Shown here piece after piece: positions 18,708 to 27,022 of a DNA stretch of 39,403 nt. Position numbers and translations under genes: made by a program. How positions within the stretch are numbered: the first letter of the stretch is position 1; each line of letters opens with the position of its first letter. The stretch spans positions 1-39,403 of the forward strand of contig SICO01000002.1 of assembly GCA_009691435.1 (NCBI GenBank), in the 5' to 3' direction. Source of the stretch: Candidatus Saccharimonadota bacterium. Lineage in GTDB: Bacteria; Patescibacteriota; Saccharimonadia; CAILAD01; BJGX01. Below the pieces are notes generated by a model. It searched no databases, was not told the DNA's origin, and saw only the letters and a program-made list of their open reading frames with translations.

Positions 18708-21103
18708 ACCCCCTGGAGATCGTTAATATCAAGCGTAAGCTGGGAGCCTGGCTTGAGTTCCCCGCTTAACAAGCGCTTGGCGACAACATTTTCAACCAAT
18801 CTAGAAATTACCCTACGCATTGGCCGAGCACCGAGCCGCGGGTCGTATCCCAGCTCTACTAGGTGTGCCAAGGCTGCTGGAGTCAAGGTGATGGAAACTT
18901 TTTTGCCCTGAAGCTCTTCATTGACACTACCTATAATCAAATTGGCGACTTGCAAGAGCTCCTCTTTGGTAAGTGGCCTAAATAGTACTAGCTCATCAAA
19001 CCTATTGATTAGCTCGGCCCTAAAAATATTTTGATCAATTAACCTGTTAATAAATTCATCCTCAAAATCCTCTAAATTCTTGCCAGCTGTAATCTGAGCC
19101 CTAATCTCATTGGCGCCAGCATTAGAGGTGCATATGATAATAGCTTCCTTAAAACTTACTTTGTGCCCAGCCGTATCTGTTAATATCCCTTCATCTAGCA
19201 TTTGCAAAAGTAAGTTCAAAATGTCAGGGTGAGCCTTTTCTATTTCATCAAGCAAAACTATGCTAAAGGGGTTCTGGTTGATCTTTTGCAAGAAACTACT
19301 ACCTACATCCTCTTTGCTAGCCGAAGCCAGCAAACGGGCTACATCGCCATTACTTTGATATTCGCTCATGTCTAATCGATTCATACTATTTTCGTTCTCA
19401 AAATATGTGGCTGCTAGAGATTTGGCAAGTTCTGTTTTACCGACACCAGTTGGCCCTAAAAATAAAAAACTTCCTACCGGTCGATTGGTATTCCTAACCC
19501 CTGCGCGCGATCTTCTGAGGGCATCCGAGACCACCTGAACAGCACGGCTCTGATTAATCATACGCTTATGAATTAAACCCTCTAGATTCATTAACTGAAC
19601 TTTTTCTTCAGCTGAGGCTTGGTTGACTTTAGTATTAGTGATCATTTCGGTAGCTTTTGCAACGGATTCTTCAGTAATGTAATGCTCTATAGGATAATTC
19701 ATGCTATCGCTCAGCAAATCAATGGCTTTAGCTGGCATCGCCTTATTGTGCAAATACCTTTCCGATAGATCATAAGTGGCCTGAAGCGCCTTAAAAGTGA
19801 CTATGGCATTAGTTTTTTTCTCTAAGTTAATAGAGATGTCCTGCAAGATACTGATTGTTTGGTCTCGGTCTGAAGGCTCAATATCAACTCTGACAAACAA
19901 GCTTGCTAGACTAGGATTGACAGTATTCAGCTTATGCCAATCATCTAAAGTAAAGCTGGCAATTAAGCTAATATTAGATGATTGCAGTGCTGGCAAGAGA
20001 ATACTCGCAACATCAACCTCGCCACTACCACTCCCAAAAAATAACTGGGCCTCATCAAAGTACAAAATAATATTACCTGCCCTAGAGGCATCATTAAGAA
20101 TCCCATTAAAAATTGCCTCTAGGCTTGCCTGCTGGCCAATCGCGGCAGATAACATACCAGAATCTATCTGCACTACTTGCCTATACTTTAAGTTGCCCAG
20201 CACGCCCTTTCCATCAATAAGTTTTTCAGCCAAGCTGTAGACGAGCGCCGTCTTGCCCACTCCAACTTCCCCCACCATAGCAAGATTACTGCGGCCCTGC
20301 TTATTTAAATTAACCAGCATCTGTTCTAAGACATGCCCCCTTTTGACGCTCGAAAAGTCCAAATTACCTTCTACGATAGCCAGGCTAATATTCTGACCAT
20401 ACTGATCTAATACGGGTGTAAAGCCAGCCGACCAATCCCGGCCAATCCCCCCGTACTGGGATCGGTCTTTTGGTTTCAAGACCCGTTGCCACAAAGACTC
20501 CTCCCACATCAAACCACCAATAATATCCTGAATATCCATACCGTGGGAGCCTAACCATTCAGCCATTTTAGGATTCTCTAAAATCATAGCTACTACCAAG
20601 ACCCCAGCCGAAATCTCTTTAACCGGAGTCTGGCCGGCAATCAAGAAAGCTCTATTCCAGACTGCCTGTGACGCTACTAGCTCATCTGAGAGTGTCGTAG
20701 TAAGCTGAGCAGGTACTAGCTGGTAGCGTTTAAAGATAAACAGCGCCTGCCAACTATCTAAAATTGCCGAGAGTATCTGCCTAGGGCTTTGCTTGTCGTT
20801 AATTAAAAAAACAATATCATTAGACACGAGACTATCTAGGGCTATCTCTGAAATATCCTTGTTGTAGGTGGCAGGGTTATCAGACAAATCCCACTTCAGC
20901 CAGAAGCCAAACATCAAGCCTACGATACCTACACCCACAAAGAGGCTAGCTGGTTTAATATTGGCAAATAAGTATGCACACACTCCAGCTACTATTAAAA
21001 TCCAGGCTATTATAATTATAACTTTTGCAAAACCGTCCTGAAAATAACTCACAAAACGTGCTTTTCTAACCCGTGTCGAATTGGAATAGGTGATAGGCTT
21101 CAT
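18704..21103 (-). CDS. Membrane-anchored double-AAA+ Clp/Hsp100-family ATPase
   Basis: 799 aa.
- Two N-terminal hydrophobic helices: VIIIIAWILIVAGVCAYLF and LFVGVGIVGLMFGFWL.
- D1: Walker A GEVGVGKTAL, Walker B ILYFDEAQ.
- D2: Walker A GPTGVGKTELAK, Walker B IVLLDEIEKAHPD, sensor-2 GARPMRR.
- No IGF/VGF-type ClpP loop tripeptide was seen. Confidence 0.85.
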   Translation of the reverse strand: MKPITYSNSTRVRKARFVSYFQDGFAKVIIIIAWILIVAGVCAYLFANIKPASLFVGVGIVGLMFGFWLKWDLSDNPATYNKDISEIALDSLVSNDIVFLINDKQSPRQILSAILDSWQALFIFKRYQLVPAQLTTTLSDELVASQAVWNRAFLIAGQTPVKEISAGVLVVAMILENPKMAEWLGSHGMDIQDIIGGLMWEESLWQRVLKPKDRSQYGGIGRDWSAGFTPVLDQYGQNISLAIVEGNLDFSSVKRGHVLEQMLVNLNKQGRSNLAMVGEVGVGKTALVYSLAEKLIDGKGVLGNLKYRQVVQIDSGMLSAAIGQQASLEAIFNGILNDASRAGNIILYFDEAQLFFGSGSGEVDVASILLPALQSSNISLIASFTLDDWHKLNTVNPSLASLFVRVDIEPSDRDQTISILQDISINLEKKTNAIVTFKALQATYDLSERYLHNKAMPAKAIDLLSDSMNYPIEHYITEESVAKATEMITNTKVNQASAEEKVQLMNLEGLIHKRMINQSRAVQVVSDALRRSRAGVRNTNRPVGSFLFLGPTGVGKTELAKSLAATYFENENSMNRLDMSEYQSNGDVARLLASASKEDVGSSFLQKINQNPFSIVLLDEIEKAHPDILNLLLQMLDEGILTDTAGHKVSFKEAIIICTSNAGANEIRAQITAGKNLEDFEDEFINRLIDQNIFRAELINRFDELVLFRPLTKEELLQVANLIIGSVNEELQGKKVSITLTPAALAHLVELGYDPRLGARPMRRVISRLVENVVAKRLLSGELKPGSQLTLDINDLQGV

Positions 21104-21465
21104 AGGAATATCCCCGCGACCGATAAAATGACCAAAATTGGTGCTAGTGGCCAGCAGATTATAAAAATTAAACTAACTACCCCGATAAATACCACGCAGA
21201 CAACAGCCGACAAGATCGTAAGCAGCCGTACTACAAAACCAACTAGCCTTGAAACCATGTTATCAACCATTGCTCTCCCCATGCCCTGCAGGGATTTATT
21301 AGTATCGGTCGTTATCCGGCGCCAGGGGTCAAACATTGTTCTAATCAGCGCTGTTACTGAAAATTTTCTCCAGATTGTTTTAATATAAAAGCCAACCTTA
21401 ATAAAAAGTTCTGTAAAGCCTCGACCATACCACCAAGTAATAAACTCGAAAAATAACATAAGCAT
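21100..21465 (-). CDS. Small membrane protein, translationally coupled to the AAA+ ATPase
   Basis: 121 aa with an aromatic N-terminus (FEFITWWYGRGF) and two C-terminal TM helices. ATGA overlap with the downstream AAA+ gene. Confidence 0.6.
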   Translation of the reverse strand: MLMLFFEFITWWYGRGFTELFIKVGFYIKTIWRKFSVTALIRTMFDPWRRITTDTNKSLQGMGRAMVDNMVSRLVGFVVRLLTILSAVVCVVFIGVVSLIFIICWPLAPILVILSVAGIFL

Positions 21466-21782
21466 ATTGTATCAAGCCTTGAGCTATACTTCCATATTAG
21501 ATAGTATGCTAAAGTGTAAAATTGCATTACGATATTGCTTCTCCTGAACGATTTTTAGAAACCAAGCCCCATGGCTGATTCGTAAATCGAGAGCAGAAAC
21601 GCGACGCAAGCTGGCAGTTTTGAAGTAATCGAAACGAGAAGCTGCAATTGAGATTGTTTCTTCCACGATGGGACAAACCAAGACCCCCGAAGTCTGTTTG
21701 TTACATCGAGAGGAAGACAAGCTACGACAATTAAAGCAAAATTTGTTAAAATTATGCGTAGATTAAAGTAGTTGTCTGACGA

Positions 21783-21858
21783 CGGGGTGTGGCGCAGTTG
21801 GTAGCGCGTACGGCTGGGGGCCGTGAGGTCGCAGGTTCGAGTCCTGTCACCCCGACCA
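21783..21858 (+). tRNA. tRNA-Pro (anticodon GGG), CCA encoded
   Basis: Cloverleaf: CGGGGTG / CACCCCG acceptor, GCGC D-stem, anticodon arm TACGG-CTGGGGG-CCGTG, T-arm GCAGG-TTCGAGT-CCTGT, discriminator A, CCA. Confidence 0.93.
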
Positions 21859-21883
21859 GAAAAAATTTTTATAATTTATAAAA

Positions 21884-21912
21884 TGCGATTGAAGTATCAG
21901 TCGTATTTTTTT
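21884..21912 (+). terminator. Intrinsic terminator after tRNA-Pro
   Basis: 9-bp stem TGCGATTGA / TCAGTCGTA (two G-U pairs), AGTA loop, then T7. Confidence 0.65.
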
Positions 21913-22031
21913 ATTCCAACAGATACAGATAAAGATAATTCAATAAAGTTTGGCTAAAGGTATTTACATAACTGTTATGCTATGACACAATCTTTATGTA
22001 ATAAGTAATTTATGTGTGCTAAATACTCCCG

Positions 22032-22574
22032 ATGAGCCCCAATTCTAACAAAACGGCCGAAATATTAAGGCTAATTCAAACCAAAAAAGTCGCCACCCTA
22101 GGCGACTTGAGTTCTAATAAGCATTTATTGGGGCTTTTCACGGCATCTAAAAAAGCCACGCCAAGGCGGCGCATTATAGATACCGCTGCTCTACTGGCCC
22201 GGCAAGGCTATGTTAGCGTTGGCTTACTTGATAATGAAAAGGTTTTTAAAATTACCGCCAAAGGGCTAGATCGACTTAAGGCTCACCAGGTTAGCCAAGA
22301 AGGGCTTAACATGACTGAACGCTGGGATGGGCGCTGGTATCTCATAACCTTTGACATCCCAGAAAGTAAAAAGGTCATCAGGAACCAACTCATCCTGACC
22401 CTCAAGCGACATGGTTTCATCAATTATACTAAAGGACTTTGGCTTATCCCCTACAACCCAGCCAAATTAATTATTAGTATCCGCAAGCAGCTCGGTCTTA
22501 AGGATGAACTTCGGCTAATTGTTGCTCAAGCTATCGACGCAGATAGCAAATATCGCAAGCACTGGGGCATCTAA
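22032..22574 (+). CDS. PaaX-like / wHTH regulator-like protein
   Basis: 180 aa. The N-terminal wHTH-like segment is followed by RWDGRWYLITFDIPESKKVIRNQLILTLKRHGFINYTKGLWLIP, which matches the PaaX/Cas2-fold W.G.W..v.fdiPe...R..l...L...Gf pattern. Confidence 0.5.
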   Translation: MSPNSNKTAEILRLIQTKKVATLGDLSSNKHLLGLFTASKKATPRRRIIDTAALLARQGYVSVGLLDNEKVFKITAKGLDRLKAHQVSQEGLNMTERWDGRWYLITFDIPESKKVIRNQLILTLKRHGFINYTKGLWLIPYNPAKLIISIRKQLGLKDELRLIVAQAIDADSKYRKHWGI

Positions 22575-22579
22575 ACCAC

Positions 22580-23209
22580 CTAGAAAGCTGGTTGGCCGAG
22601 GATGCTTGTGGCAATTGAACCAACAATCATCGTAAAAACTGGGTCAATAAATCTAAAGAATATAAATATAAAAGCAAATACCGCTATTAAGCCATACTGC
22701 TCGATTTTATCTAATACATCCATTAAAGCTGGCGGCGATACTGCATAGAGCAATCTACTGCCGTCCAAAGGCGGGAATGGAATCATATTAAATACAAAGA
22801 AGGCTACATTGACCAGTACGAACTGGAGCAAAAACTTCCCGCCGAGTCCCGGTACAGTTACGAATCTTAAATAGAGACCAATAATTAGCGCCATTAAAAT
22901 ATTACTGGCCGGACCTGCAAAAGCCACCAAAGCGGCTCCCCATTTGCCATAACGAACAGCGTAGGGGTTAAATGGTACTGGCTTGGCGGCACCAAACACC
23001 ACGGGGCTACCGAGCAGAATTAGCCCCAGAGGCAAAAGTAGCGTCATAAAAGGATCGATATGCTTTACCGGGTTAAGGGTTAACCGACCTTCATTCTTAG
23101 CTGTCATATCCCCAAGCATATGCCCGGCCCAGGCGTGGCTGAATTCATGCACAGTTAATGCAATAACCAAGATCACTAAGTACATTATTAGGGTAGCAAA
23201 AATATCCAT
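22580..23209 (-). CDS. Site-2 protease family (M50) membrane metalloprotease
   Basis: 209 aa polytopic protein with an HEFSHAWAG (HExxH) motif in TM1 and FNMIPFPPLDGS (the NxxPxxxLDG second metal-ligand motif). Confidence 0.82.
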   Translation of the reverse strand: MDIFATLIMYLVILVIALTVHEFSHAWAGHMLGDMTAKNEGRLTLNPVKHIDPFMTLLLPLGLILLGSPVVFGAAKPVPFNPYAVRYGKWGAALVAFAGPASNILMALIIGLYLRFVTVPGLGGKFLLQFVLVNVAFFVFNMIPFPPLDGSRLLYAVSPPALMDVLDKIEQYGLIAVFAFIFIFFRFIDPVFTMIVGSIATSILGQPAF

Positions 23210-23240
23210 AGTTTAATTTTAACATGATATAAAAGCGATA

Positions 23241-23269
23241 TTGATTAAACCCAACTAATATGTTAATAT
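23241..23269 (+). promoter_or_regulatory. Sigma70-like promoter for rpmB (implies a very short or absent leader)
   Basis: TTGATT (23241-23246), 17-nt spacer, TAATAT (23264-23269). Only 9 nt separate the -10 box from the ATG at 23279. Confidence 0.45.
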
Positions 23270-23278
23270 ATTCGGGTT

Positions 23279-23503
23279 ATGTCATATAGATGCGAGCTAA
23301 CAGGCAAAGGAAAACAATTTGGTAACCATGTGAGTCATTCGCAAAGGCATGTTAAGCGTACCTGGAAGCCCAATCTACAGACAAAAACCCTCGTAATCGA
23401 CGGCCAAAAGGTCAAGCTCCGCCTCGCTGCTAGCACTATTCGCACTCTCAATAAGTACCAAAAGCAAATCGACCAACCGGCAGTCGAGCCAGCCAAGCAA
23501 TAA
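23279..23503 (+). CDS. rpmB: 50S ribosomal protein L28
   Basis: 74 aa, MSYRCELTGKGKQFGNHVSHSQRHVKRTWKPNLQ is a canonical L28. Confidence 0.95.
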   Translation: MSYRCELTGKGKQFGNHVSHSQRHVKRTWKPNLQTKTLVIDGQKVKLRLAASTIRTLNKYQKQIDQPAVEPAKQ

Positions 23504-23527
23504 CCCCTCTCTCGAGGGGTTATTTAG
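23502..23527. terminator. Bidirectional hairpin between rpmB and the convergent gene
   Basis: AACCCCTC-tctc-GAGGGGTT followed by ATTT. It lies between two convergent stops. Confidence 0.6.
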
Positions 23528-23551
23528 TTAGATCTGAAAGATTAATAATAA

Positions 23552-24079
23552 CTATTTAAGTATGACTAACTGCTGATTGTCTAACGGCAAATCTTTTTTG
23601 CTGACCTTATACTTATCAATCGGTTCGGTGTCTTTACCGAATTCGGCTTTAATTTTGGCTAGCTCCAGCTCGGCGGCCATGATTGGTATCAAAACCTTCG
23701 GCTCTACCTGTGAGATTATCTTATTCATCAAATCTGCCTTGTTGTCTTGGACCGATATAATCAATATATCTACTCCGTCCATGCGCTCGAGCTGGGCATC
23801 TGTCAGGGTTGTTTCGAGACCGATGGCATAGGTTACGTGCATATCGTCTACCACTAGGCTGTAGGCGGTATTGCTGGCACTTATTTCTACACCATCGACC
23901 ATTATCCCCATTACCTCATACTCACCTGGTCCATAAAATGACTTCTCGGGCACAGCTTTAGCACTAGAGCCAGTAAATAGTAGCAGGTCGGCTTTAGTGC
24001 CAGCGCTAGCATTAATAGCTACATCGGCACCTTTGCCAGATATTTTAATGGTATTTTTATTAGAGAAAGTAATATCCAT
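23552..24079 (-). CDS. Hypothetical protein (possibly a degenerate MBL-fold protein lacking the HxHxDH motif)
   Basis: 175 aa ORF with good coding appearance. It weakly resembles short UPF0173/MBL-like proteins, but no metal-binding His cluster is visible. Confidence 0.45.
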   Translation of the reverse strand: MDITFSNKNTIKISGKGADVAINASAGTKADLLLFTGSSAKAVPEKSFYGPGEYEVMGIMVDGVEISASNTAYSLVVDDMHVTYAIGLETTLTDAQLERMDGVDILIISVQDNKADLMNKIISQVEPKVLIPIMAAELELAKIKAEFGKDTEPIDKYKVSKKDLPLDNQQLVILK

Positions 24080-24121
24080 AGATTTAATTGTACCAAATAA
24101 AGGCCCTACAGCGCCAGATAA

Positions 24122-24805
24122 TTATAGTGTTGGCTCAACATTAGACGCTTCTTCGCTGGTAGCAACGCCAACAGTAGTAGTTTCTGCCTGACCAGCCGTG
24201 TCTTTAGCGAGAGTTTTGCTAAATACGCCAAGTCTATCGACTAGGATCATCTTATTTTCATCTAGTATATCCGTCAAAAACCTATCATTAAGGTTGCGCC
24301 GATAATCAAAATCTTCAATTGTCATTGCTGCGTAATTCAGCTCTCGGTTCATCTCCTTCTCCATATCCCCAATGACTTTAGCCAACTGAGATTTGTTCAT
24401 ATCTCCAACGATAAATATATCTATCTGCTGGTGGCTACCACGCACAAAAGCGCCGGTCAGGAAAGCCATGCGAACGTTGCCTGCTCTCTGCAACCCCTTT
24501 AAAACATGGTCTTCCTCTTTGGTCTGTTTAAGCATTTTCGCTTTAGCAGGAATCCGTTGAAAAATAGACTGCAACTCTTTATGAAACTTATACTTGCTAT
24601 TCACTTCATAATAGAGCCGATTACTTTGGCTAACTGAACGAACTATCCCAATGTTTAGTAAGTTCTGAAGCTCACGGCGCACAGAATTAATCTGCTCATC
24701 AATTTTGCGGGTAATTTCACGAACATAAAAAGGGCGGTCTGGGTTATTATAAAATAAGCTTAATAACTTAACGCGTGTCTTCGATCCAAACAATTGTTCA
24801 AACAT
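24122..24805 (-). CDS. Winged-helix (ArsR-like) transcriptional regulator with C-terminal extension
   Basis: 227 aa. The N-terminus FGSKTRVKLLSLFYNNPDRPFYVREITRKIDEQINSVRRELQNLLNIGIV is a typical wHTH. Confidence 0.55.
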   Translation of the reverse strand: MFEQLFGSKTRVKLLSLFYNNPDRPFYVREITRKIDEQINSVRRELQNLLNIGIVRSVSQSNRLYYEVNSKYKFHKELQSIFQRIPAKAKMLKQTKEEDHVLKGLQRAGNVRMAFLTGAFVRGSHQQIDIFIVGDMNKSQLAKVIGDMEKEMNRELNYAAMTIEDFDYRRNLNDRFLTDILDENKMILVDRLGVFSKTLAKDTAGQAETTTVGVATSEEASNVEPTL

Positions 24806-24911
24806 TTTTACCTCCCCTAATTCCTAAAAATTGTATTCTATTAACAATTTACAGGTTATAAAAGCTATTATACGAGCAATTGAATAATAAATCTACCCCA
24901 TAGTGAATAAA

Positions 24912-25634
24912 TTATTGTGGTCTTTTTAGAGAGCTCGCACGGGCTCTATTCTCTAATGTATTACTCAACGCTTTAAGTTGGATTGACTGAGAAGACTTTG
25001 CGATTGCCTTTGCTATTAACCAATCACAGACTCGCGGGTTCTTCGGTAAAAATGAGCCATGCATGTATGTTCCTATGGCATTACGGTATATTATGCCCTC
25101 TAGCATATCATCTGGGTTATTGCCATAGCCTCGTTTCACTACCCCTAGTGGCTGGGCCTTACCAATATACTCAGTAGAGCCACTGTGGTTCTCAAAGCCG
25201 ATTAGCTCACCAAACTTCTCTGAATGAACTACAATATTACCTATCATTCTAGTGCTTGTCCCCTTAGAAACAACATTAAAAAGGCCGGTACCCTGTAGTT
25301 GGCCATATTCACTACTAATAAAATACTCCCCAAGTAGCTGGTAGCCACCGCAGACTGCCAGGAGTGGTCCGCCAGCCTCTACAAAATCCTTAATCTGCTT
25401 GGCTTTTGATGCCAAGTCTTCAGCTACAATCACCTGGCCCTTATCCTGCCCACCTCCAATAAATAATAAATCGGCATCTTTTGGTATACTTACTCCCGCC
25501 TCAATATTCTCGACAGTATTTTTTATCCCCCGCCATTCCATACGCTTACTTAGGGCAATTATATTACCATAATCACCATATATACTCATGCGTTCTGGAT
25601 ACAAATGGACAATCTTGATAGGCCTCACTGCCAA
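24912..25634 (-). CDS. gatD: Lipid II isoglutaminyl synthase, glutaminase subunit GatD (CobQ-type GATase)
   Basis: 240 aa with the catalytic-Cys context LLAVCGGYQLLG and the C-terminal His context TYMHGSFLPKNP. It overlaps murT by 10 nt. Confidence 0.85.
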   Translation of the reverse strand: MAVRPIKIVHLYPERMSIYGDYGNIIALSKRMEWRGIKNTVENIEAGVSIPKDADLLFIGGGQDKGQVIVAEDLASKAKQIKDFVEAGGPLLAVCGGYQLLGEYFISSEYGQLQGTGLFNVVSKGTSTRMIGNIVVHSEKFGELIGFENHSGSTEYIGKAQPLGVVKRGYGNNPDDMLEGIIYRNAIGTYMHGSFLPKNPRVCDWLIAKAIAKSSQSIQLKALSNTLENRARASSLKRPQ

Positions 25635-27022
25635 TACTCCTTTAAAACTTCATCGCTGGCTACAATTTTACCCCTCACTGATAGCATCGCAGTATATGTA
25701 GGCAAAATAAATATCTTACTGCGCCTGGTCGTATGCTTTAGAATTAATTTTAACAACAGCTCTTCGTTGGGTTCAGATAAAACATCCTTTTTCCCAGCGT
25801 ATTTTAACCTTAGGGCCATATCATCCGCCCTAGAGCCTCCAACCATTATTTTACCCTTATACTTTGATAAATCCTCGAGTGCAGAATCCCATAGCCAACT
25901 GATGTCACGGCCATCGGCGTAGTTATCATTAATTATAAATACCAACAACCTATCGTTTTCGCTTAATAAATAGGTTTGAATAACCTGATTAAGGCCGGTT
26001 GGGTTCTTAATTAGTAGCATCAAGACTTCCCGGCCATCATAGTTGAGAACTTCCGAGCGTCCAAAAGCTGCCGAAGCACCAGATATTGCCTTGATAATCA
26101 AATCATCCTCAAAATTTAGGGCTGCCTTAATAGCAGAATAAGCTGCTATGGAGTTATAAACGTTAAAAATACCAGGGATATTAAGCTTTACGGGCTGATT
26201 AGAGTTATTAATATTAAACTCAATAGTAAGGCCACTTTGTTTCAGATTATTAGCTTGATAATCCGGCTTTGGCCTTCTAAAAGCACCGCTTTTGCCACGA
26301 TATTTGCCCATATGGCTAAAGTATTGTTGTGTATAATACAACTTCTCTTGAGTAAAGGGGTCAAAAATACTATCAGCAGTCCTATCATGTGCTAATTTTG
26401 GACCAGTATAGTCCCCTATGCCAAAATAAGTTACCTTTTTTTTGTTTTCTAGCCCATAACCCAGGCTCGCAACCAAAGGATCGTCGGCGTTTAAAACTAA
26501 CTGGGTAGAGTCTAATTCCTCGATTAGATCCCTAAAGTTTTTGGCTATCCTGTCGAGTTCTCCATACCTATCTAGCTGGTCTCTAAAAAGATTATTTACT
26601 AAAAGTATATCAGGCTTAATAGCCCTGCAAATCTTTGGTACAAAAGCCTCATCTACCTCAAAAATTCCTACCTCGGCAGAAACCTTACCTGCTATATTTG
26701 ATTCCATAGCCATAGATGCAATAAGCCCCCCTTCCATATTCGAACCAGTCCGATTATGTACATAACTGACAGCATTAGCCTCTAGGATATCTGCTATCAT
26801 CTTAGTTGTAGTAGTTTTGCCGTTTGTACCAGTGACCACAATGGTACCCCTTGGAAAATTATTATTAACCAATTTTTGCAAAATATCTCTATCTATCTTT
26901 TGAGCAATAACCCCCGGCAAGGAAGTTCCGCCTGTACCTGTCAGCCGGTTAATTCTAAAGACGGTCTTAGCCGCTAGTATCGCTAATAAACTACGCATAA
27001 GCTCTATTGTATCAGATAACAT
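25625..27022 (-). CDS. murT: Lipid II isoglutaminyl synthase, Mur-ligase-like subunit MurT
   Basis: 465 aa with P-loop VTGTNGKTTTTKMI, LLVNNLFRDQLDRYGE, and the C-terminal DUF1727-like INDNYADGRDISWLWD. Confidence 0.88.
   Translation of the reverse strand: MLSDTIELMRSLLAILAAKTVFRINRLTGTGGTSLPGVIAQKIDRDILQKLVNNNFPRGTIVVTGTNGKTTTTKMIADILEANAVSYVHNRTGSNMEGGLIASMAMESNIAGKVSAEVGIFEVDEAFVPKICRAIKPDILLVNNLFRDQLDRYGELDRIAKNFRDLIEELDSTQLVLNADDPLVASLGYGLENKKKVTYFGIGDYTGPKLAHDRTADSIFDPFTQEKLYYTQQYFSHMGKYRGKSGAFRRPKPDYQANNLKQSGLTIEFNINNSNQPVKLNIPGIFNVYNSIAAYSAIKAALNFEDDLIIKAISGASAAFGRSEVLNYDGREVLMLLIKNPTGLNQVIQTYLLSENDRLLVFIINDNYADGRDISWLWDSALEDLSKYKGKIMVGGSRADDMALRLKYAGKKDVLSEPNEELLLKLILKHTTRRSKIFILPTYTAMLSVRGKIVASDEVLKEYWQ

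Noticed and set aside
21484-21720. 78-aa minus-strand ORF from the ORF track, upstream of the small membrane protein gene
   Set aside because: It starts at TTG with no SD, its composition is not protein-like, and it lies exactly over the two homologous hairpins. It is more likely an accidental open frame across structured RNA.
21466-21782. SRP RNA, 6S RNA or a known riboswitch as an explanation for the structured gap
   Set aside because: It has no GGAA/GNRA-capped helix-8 motif with AGCA/GGAA loops (SRP), no single long bulged hairpin (6S), and no T-box or common riboswitch core that I can recognise. It is left as unassigned in the findings.
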